Source: Verrucomicrobiota bacterium
GTDB lineage: Bacteria > Verrucomicrobiota > Verrucomicrobiia > JABWAM01 > JAHFSZ01
Direction of reading: 5' to 3'
Assembly (NCBI GenBank): GCA_023265515.1
Contig: JAHFSZ010000002.1
Location: 8,358 to 72,357, forward strand
DNA: 64,000 nucleotides
The notes beneath the pieces are model-generated. The model saw nothing but the letters and a program-made list of their open reading frames with translations, was not told where the DNA came from and ran no database searches. Each line of letters opens with the position of its first letter. Position 1 is the stretch's first letter. The position numbers and the translations under genes are program-made. This document shows positions 27,391 through 36,934 of the stretch, piece by piece.

Positions 27391-29295
27391 TCACCGCTGG
27401 CTGGATTCCTTCGGGGCCCTCCAAAGCTGGCGATAAATGTCGTACGTCTTGCGAGGTTCGCGAAGAAACGGGCTGGATCTGCCCTCCCCTTGACCAGCGA
27501 TTCCGAGCCATTCCTCCTGACTCCAACCGTCAGGGAAGGCCATCTCAATGGTTGGATCGGTGTCGTGAATACCATCCCGGTCCTTGACCGAAGTATCCTT
27601 CCACCACTCATCGAGCCATTCGAAGACAATGCCGCCGATGGACGTTCCCGTTCCCGGCTTCCCCGTCCGGTTGAACACGATATCCTGCCAATTGTTCCGG
27701 TGATACTCGGCCTGTGCCTCTTCGTCGACCCCCCTGCCGGTTCGATAGGCGTCACAGCCGAACTCCACGATTAAAACGGGCCGGTCGAAAATAGCCTTGG
27801 CTGCTTCCCACAAGGCACCGAAGCCTTCCTTGCCCGCATATTCATTGATGCCAATAAAATCCAGCTCGGGCGCCTTCTGGGCGTAAACATCGAGCAGGTT
27901 GAGGCCCATGTTGCCGACTCCCACGGGGTGATCCGGGTCGAGCTTGTGAATCAACGCCGCCGCTTCGTTCAACAGACTCGCATACGCTTCGGGATAAACC
28001 GCGGCGTTGGTTCGGCTGGCGTTCACTCCCGAAAAATTCGCCGGCATGTTATTTTCATTCCCCAAGACATACGCGAGAAGCCACGGTTCATTCTTGGACT
28101 GCTCGACCATGCTTCGGACCGCTTCAAGCATCTTGTTGCGCTGCTGTGGATCCCGGTAGTCGGTACCCTGTTCCCAGCTCGCGCCCGAATGAACCGTGTA
28201 AGCGCCCAGCGGCTCATTGAGGATGCCATAGATTCCGAAGTTCTGGCGCATTTCCCGCAGCAACGGGAGATTGAGCGGATGATCGGTGAACATGCGAATC
28301 GCATTGCAGCCCATCTCCTGGAGCAATTTGAAGTCCCCCACCACCGGCTCGTCGGCGTCCTGCACACCGTTTTTGTTTTTATCGATCCACGTTTCGTAGG
28401 CGACGTCGTTCTTGCCATTTTTGTTCTCGTCGGCGTCCATCCAGTTCCAATCCTTGATATGAAAACCCACCTTGGTCGGCAGGTACGAGACCCCTTGGAC
28501 GAAAAACGGCTTGCCGTCCATTTGCAGCCCCCACTGTCCGTTGTCGTATTGGACACAGGCGACCTTTCCGCCGCGCCGCGAGACGATCTTCAAGCGGCTT
28601 AGATCGGCCCGGCTGCGTTCGCGGTCCTGCGGCGTGTACTGGATAAAGCGGCCCGGTGTGACAGCAACATCGTTGCGCGTTGGGTCGCCGCCGACATTCG
28701 CATGCACCTTCACCAGCGCATCAACCAGTTTCAGATTCATCTCCGGGTGGCTTTGCGTCAGACGGATGATCGAGCCCCACGCCACCGGGGCAACGGGCCA
28801 GGTATAGACTCGCTTCCGGCTCCAGCAAAAAGACTTTGGATAGAGGATCATCGACGCCCGGTAAGCTTTGAGTGCATGGTCGTAGTGGCCCGCCTCCTCG
28901 AGGGCCCTGCCCGTGAAAAGCAGGCGCAATCCCGGATCTTCGGAACACATGGCCCATGCATAAAAATCCGCTTGGGAGTCGCCGGACTGGACATAGTTCC
29001 ATGGGGCCTTGGTGAGCCTCTCCTTCGCCTTGTACTCCTTGAATGCAGGATCCTTCCAGAGGGACCGATTCGGATCGACCCCCTCGCCTGAGGCTTTGGC
29101 AAGCCCCTCTCGGTCCTTGATCATGTACTGATAATCGAAGGTGCCGGCATTTTTGAATTCGCCATATTTCTCGTAGTCGACCTCACGCTCGGATCCGGGA
29201 TCGAAGAGTTTGAACGGTTCGGCCTGAGCGATCGGTGCCGGTACGAAAAATGCCAGGATAGCGAGGGTGAAAAACCCTGAGGATCGGGAAAACAT
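27391..29295 (-). CDS. secreted glycoside hydrolase, clan GH-A TIM barrel (GH5-like), with ~250-aa N-terminal accessory domain
   Basis: Signal peptide. Putative acid/base VLGNENN and nucleophile IVEFG motifs at spacing typical of clan GH-A. Paralogous to the next gene. Confidence 0.7.
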   Translation of the reverse strand: MFSRSSGFFTLAILAFFVPAPIAQAEPFKLFDPGSEREVDYEKYGEFKNAGTFDYQYMIKDREGLAKASGEGVDPNRSLWKDPAFKEYKAKERLTKAPWNYVQSGDSQADFYAWAMCSEDPGLRLLFTGRALEEAGHYDHALKAYRASMILYPKSFCWSRKRVYTWPVAPVAWGSIIRLTQSHPEMNLKLVDALVKVHANVGGDPTRNDVAVTPGRFIQYTPQDRERSRADLSRLKIVSRRGGKVACVQYDNGQWGLQMDGKPFFVQGVSYLPTKVGFHIKDWNWMDADENKNGKNDVAYETWIDKNKNGVQDADEPVVGDFKLLQEMGCNAIRMFTDHPLNLPLLREMRQNFGIYGILNEPLGAYTVHSGASWEQGTDYRDPQQRNKMLEAVRSMVEQSKNEPWLLAYVLGNENNMPANFSGVNASRTNAAVYPEAYASLLNEAAALIHKLDPDHPVGVGNMGLNLLDVYAQKAPELDFIGINEYAGKEGFGALWEAAKAIFDRPVLIVEFGCDAYRTGRGVDEEAQAEYHRNNWQDIVFNRTGKPGTGTSIGGIVFEWLDEWWKDTSVKDRDGIHDTDPTIEMAFPDGWSQEEWLGIAGQGEGRSSPFLREPRKTYDIYRQLWRAPKESSQR

Positions 29296-29369
29296 GCGGG
29301 TGATTTACACAAAAAGGCTTGATGAATGGAACACAAAACGCCGAAATGAGAGCGGGAAAACGGGCGGAC

Positions 29370-31319
29370 TTATTTTACGAGACCCGGTTTTTCCGGCTGT
29401 TCTCCAGCATTCCCCTTGTTGGCCGGAAAAGGCAGGGGCTTTCGGTTCCACAACTCCTTGAGCATCCCATAGGCAACTCGCAACTCGCGAAGAAAGGGGC
29501 TCGATGTGCCGTCGCCCTGTGACGTGATACCGAGCCATTCCTCCTGGCTCCAGCCGTCGGGAAAGGCCGCCTCGATGGTTGGCTCGCGGTTCTGCCGGTT
29601 GAGTGAGTCTCCCGTCGTGTCCTTCCACCATTCATCGGCCCATTCGAAGACAACGCCCCCGATCGAGTTGCCCACCCCGGGTTCACCGGCGGAGTTGTAA
29701 GCAATGTCTTCCCAGCAATGGCGTATGTAGTTGGCCTGCGTGGTCTCGTCGGGCCCCTTGCCCGTCCAGTAGGCGTCGCATCCGAACTCGGTGACGACCA
29801 CTGGCCGGTCGAACGTCGTATGCGCCTCGAACCAGAGCGATCCGAAGCCGCCCATGGCCGGATAGGCGTTGACGCCGATAAAATCGATCTCGGGCGCAAA
29901 CTTGCCATAGACGTCGGCCAGGCCCAGACCCATGTTACCGATCCCAGCCGGATGGTTCGGATCAATCTGATGGATCATCCTGGCAGCCTCATTGAGGAAC
30001 CTGGCATATGCCTCGGGGTAGACGCTCGCATTGGTCCGCGTCGCGTTCACACCCGAATAATCGGCAGTCATGTTGTTTTCATTTCCAAGGATGTAGCAGA
30101 GCAGCCACGGCTCATCCTTGCATCTTTCGACGGTGGCGCGGAGCGCAGCAAGCATACTTTTGCATTGCTCCGGATCGCGGTAATCCGTTCCTTTGTCCCA
30201 ACTTGCGCCGGAGTTGATCGTGTAGGCGCCGATCGGGTTCATCAGCATGACGTAGATCCCATAGTCTTGATGCATTTCGCGCAGCAGCTCGATGTTCAAC
30301 GGAAGGTTGTCGAGCACACGGATCGCATTGCAACCCATCTCCTGGAGCAGCTTGAAGTCTCCGACCGCGGGCTCATCAGGATCGTGGGTGCCATTGCGGT
30401 TGGCGTCGACCCATGTTTCGTAAGCGACGTCGTTTTTGCCGTTTTTGTTTTCGTCGGCCTCCATCCAGTTCCAGTTGTAATCCCGGCCCACCTTGGTCGG
30501 CGTGTAGGTCATTCCGCGGATGAAAAACGGCTTGCCTTCCACCTGAAGGCCCCACTGCCCGTTGTCGTATTTTACACAGCTGACCTTCGCCCCGCGCCGC
30601 TCGACAACTGGAAGCAAACTCACGTCACGGCGGGCTTCATTTCGCTGCTGGGCGCTGTATGGAACGAATTTCCCGGGAGTGACCGCCACTTTGTTCTTTG
30701 TGGGATCGCCGCCAATCGTGGTCTGGATCCGGATCAAGGCGCCGTCCAGCTTCAGGCCAAGTTCCGGGTGAAGGCGCGTCAGGTTGATGATTGAGTTCCA
30801 GGCTGCAGGCCCGATCAGCCAGGTCCATGTTTTTTTTCGGTTCCAGACATACGTATTCGGATGGAGGACCATGGCCGCCCGATACGCCTTGAGCGCGTGG
30901 ATGTAATGGCCACCCTCTTCGAGCGCTCTTGCGGTGAAGAAAAGTCTCAGGCCCGGATCGAGCTTCGGCGCCGTCGCCCAGACAAAAAAGTCAGCCTGCG
31001 GATCGCCAGAATTGATGTGCGACCAAATGTCGCCCTTGAGTCTTCCCTCCTTCTCCAGCCTCGCATAGCCAGGGTCGCGCTTCACGCTGAGGTTGGGATC
31101 GATTCCCTCCCCGGACGCCCTTGCGAGGCCCTCCTGGGAAATGATCGTGTATTGATAATCGAAGGTTCCGATACCCTTAAATGAACCATATTTGGAGTAA
31201 TCGATGGTTGGATCGCTTCCCGGATCGGCCAGCGGGAAAGCGGGGTTCCAGGCCCGGACGACCAGTGGAACCGCGCAAAATCCCACAAGGAGCAGAATGC
31301 GTTTGAAAATCATCATCAT
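29370..31319 (-). CDS. secreted glycoside hydrolase, clan GH-A (tandem paralog)
   Basis: Colinear with 27391-29295 (ILGNENN, VTEFG), with the same N-terminal domain. Confidence 0.7.
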   Translation of the reverse strand: MMMIFKRILLLVGFCAVPLVVRAWNPAFPLADPGSDPTIDYSKYGSFKGIGTFDYQYTIISQEGLARASGEGIDPNLSVKRDPGYARLEKEGRLKGDIWSHINSGDPQADFFVWATAPKLDPGLRLFFTARALEEGGHYIHALKAYRAAMVLHPNTYVWNRKKTWTWLIGPAAWNSIINLTRLHPELGLKLDGALIRIQTTIGGDPTKNKVAVTPGKFVPYSAQQRNEARRDVSLLPVVERRGAKVSCVKYDNGQWGLQVEGKPFFIRGMTYTPTKVGRDYNWNWMEADENKNGKNDVAYETWVDANRNGTHDPDEPAVGDFKLLQEMGCNAIRVLDNLPLNIELLREMHQDYGIYVMLMNPIGAYTINSGASWDKGTDYRDPEQCKSMLAALRATVERCKDEPWLLCYILGNENNMTADYSGVNATRTNASVYPEAYARFLNEAARMIHQIDPNHPAGIGNMGLGLADVYGKFAPEIDFIGVNAYPAMGGFGSLWFEAHTTFDRPVVVTEFGCDAYWTGKGPDETTQANYIRHCWEDIAYNSAGEPGVGNSIGGVVFEWADEWWKDTTGDSLNRQNREPTIEAAFPDGWSQEEWLGITSQGDGTSSPFLRELRVAYGMLKELWNRKPLPFPANKGNAGEQPEKPGLVK

Positions 31320-31404
31320 TCGGGTCCGTCAGTATCGGGATAAGAGACGCAAGAATGTAAGCCTAGCCCGCAGCGGGACGAAAATCAACGCAAACGCAGC
31401 CCAC

Positions 31405-32094
31405 TCAATGGCGGCAGCTCATGGTCAACCGGAACCCGGGTCTCTGTTTGATCCGAAGCTGGTCGATGCCGGACCATTCCCGATAATTGAGCGCGTCGGC
31501 CTCGCGGAATCCCCGCCTTACGGAGAGTTTAGCATCGTGAAACAGCACGGGATCAAAACTCAGTGCCGTGAGCAACGCGACGACGCAGTAGGCGATCGGG
31601 TGCCGGTAAAGGTCATTGACGAGAAAGCCACGGCGGCAATTCTGGAACATTTTCTCAAGAAGCTCGACAATCCTTTCGTCCGGCAAATGGTGGAAAAACA
31701 TCGAGGCGGTGATGTAGTCGAATAACCCGAGCTGCTCGAGCTGGAACGCCGAATGGCACAGATAACGGATGTGAGGATGAGCGGAGTGCTTTTGGGCGTA
31801 CTCGATCAGGCGGGGATTCGAGTCGATCGCGGTGATCTGGACCGTCCTTTTTCGTTTTTTTGCCCATCTTTGGATGGCCAATGGGATATCGCCTGAACCG
31901 GTCCCAAGATCGAGCACCGTGAATTCGCGCCCAAGTCCAGGAGTGTGATCGAAGCAATCGAGGACCGCGTCCGCACCACCCAGCCATCGGTTCACCCATC
32001 GCATGAACCGGAGCGAGGGAATGATCTTCTCGATCCCGACGTTTTGCTCGTCGAGCACTTCGCGTTGCAGGGATCGTTGGTCCATCCAGCCCAT
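31405..32094 (-). CDS. class I SAM-dependent methyltransferase
   Basis: Motif I VLDLGTGSGD and a post-I acidic residue. The likely start is M at 32094, overlapping the upstream gene end. Confidence 0.65.
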   Translation of the reverse strand: MGWMDQRSLQREVLDEQNVGIEKIIPSLRFMRWVNRWLGGADAVLDCFDHTPGLGREFTVLDLGTGSGDIPLAIQRWAKKRKRTVQITAIDSNPRLIEYAQKHSAHPHIRYLCHSAFQLEQLGLFDYITASMFFHHLPDERIVELLEKMFQNCRRGFLVNDLYRHPIAYCVVALLTALSFDPVLFHDAKLSVRRGFREADALNYREWSGIDQLRIKQRPGFRLTMSCRH

Positions 32095-34004
32095 CACGGT
32101 TTCAGCAGAAGGAGTTCGTCGCCGGCAAGGGTCAGGACAGGGCAATAGAGTCCTCTTCTTTGCCGGGTCCACCAGGTTCCCTCGCTGCGGAGGGTTGAGA
32201 GATCAGTGAAGTGATAATCATAGATGACGGCACGAAGGTAGCGTGGAGGCCCCTCCGGAAACGGATTTTTTCCCAGCAGGGCGAGCACGTCCGGCGAGCC
32301 CTGGAGCAGCTTCAGGCAAAATCGGCCGAACCATGGGTTTTGCCGGACAGAGCCGAGCGCGGCGAACCACATCTGCCAATCGAGGCGCGGCTGATGAGGC
32401 TGAACCCAGAGAGGATGCCGTTTGAGGTCGCCCGGCTTGTATTTGAACTCGTACGGCAGCCAGTCGACGCCGTTATTGCTCCCCTCGATGATGATTTCTA
32501 GCCGCGCGGTGGTCATGACCCGGAAGAGGCCGTAACCATTGACGGAGCGGAAAGGAACGAACAGAGCGTACGTTCTTTCGACCCAGTTCGGCCAGGCGAA
32601 GCGGACGCGGAACGCTCCGATCAAAGCGAGGTTCGACATGAAAAGAATGACTATGGAAAGCGGGACGAGAACCCAACGCGGCCAACGCAGGCCGGTATTG
32701 CCCGTTCCGCCAAAAGTCCACCGACTCACGACCTCGGCGAGCTTCTCCCGCCAGGAACCTGGCCAGGCGGAGTCATCCAGCAGGCAAAGGCAAAGGAGCG
32801 CGGCGAGCATATTGAAGAAACAGTAATTTCCCGTCAGGAAAATCAGCATTTGAAGGAAGAGGAATGCTCCGCATGCGAAGGCGCGGAGACGCCTCGGCCC
32901 GAAAATCAAGAACGGAACGATCAGCTCGATCGCAAACATGGCGCCGGCGGAAAACTGCTGACACCATCCGGGAAAATGATGCGCAAACCATCCAATCCAT
33001 GTCGGCAGTGGCTGGGTTTCATAGTGGTAGGTCAGCGCGGTGAAATGATGCCACGTCGGATCTCCACTGGAGAGCTTGACGACTCCGGACATGAAGATGA
33101 GCCGGAAAACCAGCCAGCGGTAGAGCCACACCACGGCCAGGCTGGGAGCAGCCTCGTGTCGAAAGTTGGGAAGCCATTGGAGGGGTGCAAAAAAGATCGC
33201 AAGAAAGCCGGTTTCCAAAAGGAGGATGTCCCATTGAAAACTCAGGAACTCCTGCCCGACGACGGCGAGCGACAGATAGAACGCCCAGAGCAGAAACAAA
33301 ACCAACACGGGCGCAAACCCCAGAATCAGGAGCAGGGAAAGAAGCGTCCCACCAAAACAGAGGAAGTGCAGGAAGTTGTCGCTCGCGTCAAACCAACAGA
33401 GCGTCGGAAGGTACTGCACGGCCTCGTACCCGAAACGCCCCTTGACTGCCTCGATCAATTCCGAGGCCGGTAGAATGCCGTTGCGGCCGACAAGCCCGCT
33501 GATCTGGGTCCAGAGCGAAAGGAACGCGATCAGGTAAATCACACCGAGGCCTCTGAGGAAAAACCACCGGGTGAGGTTATATTCAGGGGGCTCATAGCGC
33601 CGCCCCCAGAGAAAGCGGGAAACCGACGAGAACAAGCCGCGGTTCCGCGCCACGCGACGGTAGATGAATTCGGTGGCGCGGGCAAAGCCCGGAGCTCTTT
33701 TATAGAGCCAAAGCGGAGCTCTTGCGATCCAGGCGGGAGTCGTCGCCAGCGTCCGAAACACCGCCTCGGCGGCGCTGAAGACCCGGCCGTCCGGCAGGCA
33801 GAGCTTCACCGCCTTTTCGAACGCCTCCTTCGGCACACCGGCAAATGGTATCTCGAGCGACTGGTAAGGGACATAGTCCACTTTTTCGCGCGTCCAATGT
33901 TTCCACCGCGCGATCCAGTAGCCGCAGAATCCGCAATCGCCGTCGTAAACCAGAAGGGGGTTTTTCACATTCATAAGATCCGGCAAACCGACGCATCTTA
34001 TCAA
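32094..34004 (-). CDS. fusion of DCC-type thiol-disulfide oxidoreductase (DUF393) and lipase-maturation-factor (LMF) membrane domain
   Basis: N-terminal VYDGDCGFCGYWI (DCC family), then a polytopic membrane region and an LMF-like C-terminal domain (RLDWQMWFAALG...NPFP). Confidence 0.7.
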   Translation of the reverse strand: MIRCVGLPDLMNVKNPLLVYDGDCGFCGYWIARWKHWTREKVDYVPYQSLEIPFAGVPKEAFEKAVKLCLPDGRVFSAAEAVFRTLATTPAWIARAPLWLYKRAPGFARATEFIYRRVARNRGLFSSVSRFLWGRRYEPPEYNLTRWFFLRGLGVIYLIAFLSLWTQISGLVGRNGILPASELIEAVKGRFGYEAVQYLPTLCWFDASDNFLHFLCFGGTLLSLLLILGFAPVLVLFLLWAFYLSLAVVGQEFLSFQWDILLLETGFLAIFFAPLQWLPNFRHEAAPSLAVVWLYRWLVFRLIFMSGVVKLSSGDPTWHHFTALTYHYETQPLPTWIGWFAHHFPGWCQQFSAGAMFAIELIVPFLIFGPRRLRAFACGAFLFLQMLIFLTGNYCFFNMLAALLCLCLLDDSAWPGSWREKLAEVVSRWTFGGTGNTGLRWPRWVLVPLSIVILFMSNLALIGAFRVRFAWPNWVERTYALFVPFRSVNGYGLFRVMTTARLEIIIEGSNNGVDWLPYEFKYKPGDLKRHPLWVQPHQPRLDWQMWFAALGSVRQNPWFGRFCLKLLQGSPDVLALLGKNPFPEGPPRYLRAVIYDYHFTDLSTLRSEGTWWTRQRRGLYCPVLTLAGDELLLLKP

Positions 34005-34056
34005 TTCGGCGGGGCGAGCAAAACCATTTTGAGCCTAAAAAGCCGACATTGAGTCC

Positions 34057-34737
34057 TCACCGGCGCGCTCGCAGAGTGCGGCCCACCAGACGGATGAAAC
34101 GGAGGGTGTCGATCACTGGGTTGATATGGCTTGATTCTCCCCGGTAGATCGTTTTGATCGGGCATGAGCCGATCCGGTGGCCCGCGCAGGCCAATTGAAA
34201 GAGAATTTCGCTCTCCAGATCGAAGTGGCTTGTGGTCAGCCGCCAATCAAGCGATCCAAGAAGCCGGCGCGAAAAGAGCCTAAATCCGCACTGCGTATCC
34301 GGCATCCACTGCCCCGCAATCCGGCTGATCAGCCATGACATGAAGCGGTTCGTCGCGATCCGAATCCAAGGCATCTTCCTTGTATCCCTCATCCGGTTGC
34401 CCAGCACCAGATCATAAGAACCTCGCTGTGCACACTCGTAAAGCATCGGGATGTCGGCGGGATCATGCTGGCCGTCGGAATCGAGCAGAACCAGCCATGG
34501 CAGGTCTTCCTTCGCGAACGTTTCAAAAGCCGTCTGGATCGCCACGCCCTTACCGCGATTCTTCGGGTGGCGCACCGCGACGGCCCCCGCCGCCTCCGCC
34601 GCCTCGGCAGTGCCGTCCTTCGACCCGTCATCCACGACCACGACTTTTTCGACAAACTGCAGGCATGACTTCACCACCGGCACGATCCGGACAGCTTCGT
34701 TGTACGCGGGAAGGATGGCGACGATGGGCAATTTCAT
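34057..34737 (-). CDS. family 2 glycosyltransferase (polyprenyl-phosphate sugar transferase-like)
   Basis: N-terminal AILPAYNE, VVDDGSKDGT and a DxD-like motif. Confidence 0.8.
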   Translation of the reverse strand: MKLPIVAILPAYNEAVRIVPVVKSCLQFVEKVVVVDDGSKDGTAEAAEAAGAVAVRHPKNRGKGVAIQTAFETFAKEDLPWLVLLDSDGQHDPADIPMLYECAQRGSYDLVLGNRMRDTRKMPWIRIATNRFMSWLISRIAGQWMPDTQCGFRLFSRRLLGSLDWRLTTSHFDLESEILFQLACAGHRIGSCPIKTIYRGESSHINPVIDTLRFIRLVGRTLRARR

Positions 34738-34826
34738 TTCTAATTTCGGATTTCTAATTTCTAATCAAAACTGTGACCAAAGCTGACAAACGTTAGAAAT
34801 AAGAAATTAGGAATTAGAAATTTTCA
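34738..34826. repeat. AT-rich inverted repeat built from heptamer units (ATTTCTA/ATTTCGG), ~30-bp arms, 25-bp spacer
   Basis: Left arm 34738-34766 (TTCTAATTTCGGATTTCTAATTTCTAATC). Right arm 34792-34823 is its imperfect reverse complement. Located between the lipA stop and the GT2 start; the right arm encodes the last 5 codons of lipA. Confidence 0.7.
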
Positions 34827-35691
34827 ATTCATCCGCATGATAGGAGCTGCGAACGAGGGGCCCGGAAAAAACTTCGCGGAAGCCGAGTGCGAGCGCAATG
34901 CTGCGATACCAGTCGAAGCGCTCCGGCGGCACAAATTCGACCGCCGGCAGATGCCGCAGCGTGGGCTGAAGATACTGCCCCAGCGTCAGCACGTCGCAAC
35001 CCGCAGTACGCAGGTCCAAAAACGCCTGTTTTAACTCCCCCTCCGTCTCGCCAAGGCCAAGCATCAGCCCGGACTTGATCACGACGGAGCCTGAAAGCTC
35101 CCGCGCTTTTTTCAGGACGGAAAGCGAACGCCGATAGCGCGCCCGCGAGCGGACTTGCGGCGTGAGGCGCTCAACAGTTTCGAGATTGTGGTTGAACACT
35201 TCCGGCCCTGCCTCGAGCACAGTCTTCAGGCTCTCCCCGGATCCGTTGAAATCGGTCGTGAGGACCTCCACAACAATCGGGCCGCACGATTCCTTGATGG
35301 CCTGGACCGTTTTGGCAACATGTCCCGCCGCCCCATCCTCCAGATCATCCCTCGCCACCATCGTGATGACCACGTGACGCAAACCGAGGCGCAGGCATGC
35401 GCCGGCAACGCGCCGGGGTTCGTCGTCCTCCAGCGGCAGCGGCCTGGCGGTCTCCACCGCGCAAAAGCCGCAGGCCCGCGTACACCGGCTGCCCGCCACC
35501 ATGAAGGTCGCGGTGGCCCGCGACCAGCATTCCCAGCGGTTCGGACAGCGGGCGCTTTCGCAAACCGTATTGAGGCGCAGGTCCTCGATAAGCCGGCTCG
35601 TGCGTCCAAAGACGGGGTTGGATGGCAGCTGGACGCGAATCCAATCGGGGATTCGGGGCCGGCGTGCTGCTTCTGGCGTGGAAACGTCCAT
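34807..35691 (-). CDS. lipA: lipoyl synthase
   Basis: Radical-SAM CxxxCxxC (CTRACGFC) plus the N-terminal CESARCPNRWEC cluster motif. Confidence 0.9.
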   Translation of the reverse strand: MDVSTPEAARRPRIPDWIRVQLPSNPVFGRTSRLIEDLRLNTVCESARCPNRWECWSRATATFMVAGSRCTRACGFCAVETARPLPLEDDEPRRVAGACLRLGLRHVVITMVARDDLEDGAAGHVAKTVQAIKESCGPIVVEVLTTDFNGSGESLKTVLEAGPEVFNHNLETVERLTPQVRSRARYRRSLSVLKKARELSGSVVIKSGLMLGLGETEGELKQAFLDLRTAGCDVLTLGQYLQPTLRHLPAVEFVPPERFDWYRSIALALGFREVFSGPLVRSSYHADELKISNS

Positions 35692-35734
35692 ATTGTCAAC
35701 AGGGCCCGTTTAGAGTAGGAGACTACACCTTGCC

Positions 35735-36802
35735 GTGAAAAGAATATTATTCGTGACTCAGGGTGACCAGGCAACCGCATCCAGCCGCCACCGGGTTTAT
35801 CAATTCGTCCCGCTTTTGGAAAAGGCCGGCTGGGATGTCGTCATCAGCCCGGCGATGACGGCGGCTGAATACAGGATCATGTCGATCAAGGCCGACCCGC
35901 TGACCCGGGGTCGCCAGTATTGGAGGATCATGACGCGACGTTTCCGCGATCTGCACCATATTCAGGAGTTCGACCGCGTGGTCATCCAGCGGCCGATCCT
36001 GCCGGCGCCATGGCCTTTCATGGAGAAAAGTTTTGCCCGCCACAAGCCGTTCATCTTCGACTATGAGGAGGCCTTTTATCTGCCTGCGGAGACAACCGCC
36101 AACATCTGGGGCGAGCACCGGCAGACCCAGAGAATCAGCGACATCTGCCAACTGGCGAAGAAAGTCTTGGGCGCCAATGAAATTCTGGCGGATTTTGCCC
36201 GCGGCCACGGCACCGAAGCGCATGTTGTACCCATGGCGATCGACTTTGAAAAAGCCTCCGATGCCATGGCGCGCCGGCATCCAAACCCGACGTTCACGAT
36301 CGGCTGGTTTGGAAGCGGCCTGGCTCAGCCGAGCCTCGAAAAGGTGATCCCCGTCCTCAAGAGCCTCCACCAGAAGGCCCCCTTCGCCCTCAAGATCATC
36401 GGCGGCATGCCGCATGCGGTCAACTATGCGTTTCCCGTGGAGTGGCTCCCCTGGGAAATTGAGAAGGAGAACGATCACCTGGCTTCCTTCGACATGGCGA
36501 TCGCCCCGATCCCGGACACGCCCCGCAACAGAACCCGCACGAGCTTCCGCATCCTTCAATACCTCGCTCACCAGGTCCCCGTACTGGCCTCCCCGGTCGG
36601 CATCCAGGCCGGCGAGTTGAAGGAAGGCGAGCATATCGTCTACGCCCGGACACCCGAAGAATGGTCCGACAAAATCGTTATGCTGATGAAGGATGAATCC
36701 CTCCGGAACCGGCTGGCAGTGGCTGGAAAAGACTGCGTCCGCCAGAGTCACGATCTCAACAATGTCTTCAAAAAATTGTTCCAGGTGCTGGACGCCGAGT
36801 GA
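35735..36802 (+). CDS. GT-B fold glycosyltransferase (GT4-like)
   Basis: C-terminal GT-B donor-binding signature (E..x7..E-like region, GxPxLASPVG); the N-terminal acceptor domain is divergent. Confidence 0.6.
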   Translation: MKRILFVTQGDQATASSRHRVYQFVPLLEKAGWDVVISPAMTAAEYRIMSIKADPLTRGRQYWRIMTRRFRDLHHIQEFDRVVIQRPILPAPWPFMEKSFARHKPFIFDYEEAFYLPAETTANIWGEHRQTQRISDICQLAKKVLGANEILADFARGHGTEAHVVPMAIDFEKASDAMARRHPNPTFTIGWFGSGLAQPSLEKVIPVLKSLHQKAPFALKIIGGMPHAVNYAFPVEWLPWEIEKENDHLASFDMAIAPIPDTPRNRTRTSFRILQYLAHQVPVLASPVGIQAGELKEGEHIVYARTPEEWSDKIVMLMKDESLRNRLAVAGKDCVRQSHDLNNVFKKLFQVLDAE

Positions 36803-36932
36803 GGGTCAGAACCCAGAACTCAGGACTCAGAATGAAGGGGCAGAATTTAGGGGTCAGGAGTCGGAAGAACAGCTGGATAAGATGATCACAATGAATTCTG
36901 GATTCTGGATTCCGAGTTCTGTATTCTGGAAA
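36803..36932. repeat. inverted arrays of heptamer-periodic CAGAA / TTCTG units immediately upstream of kdsA
   Basis: 36805-36870 contains CAGAA/CAGGA at 7-bp intervals (about 7 units). 36893-36930 contains TTCTG/TTCCG at 7-bp intervals (5 units) in the opposite orientation. Confidence 0.7.
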
Positions 36933-36934
36933 TA

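Noticed and set aside
35155-35718. 187-aa plus-strand ORF inside lipA region
   Set aside because: Antisense to lipA, which has unmistakable radical-SAM motifs; GC-rich shadow ORF.
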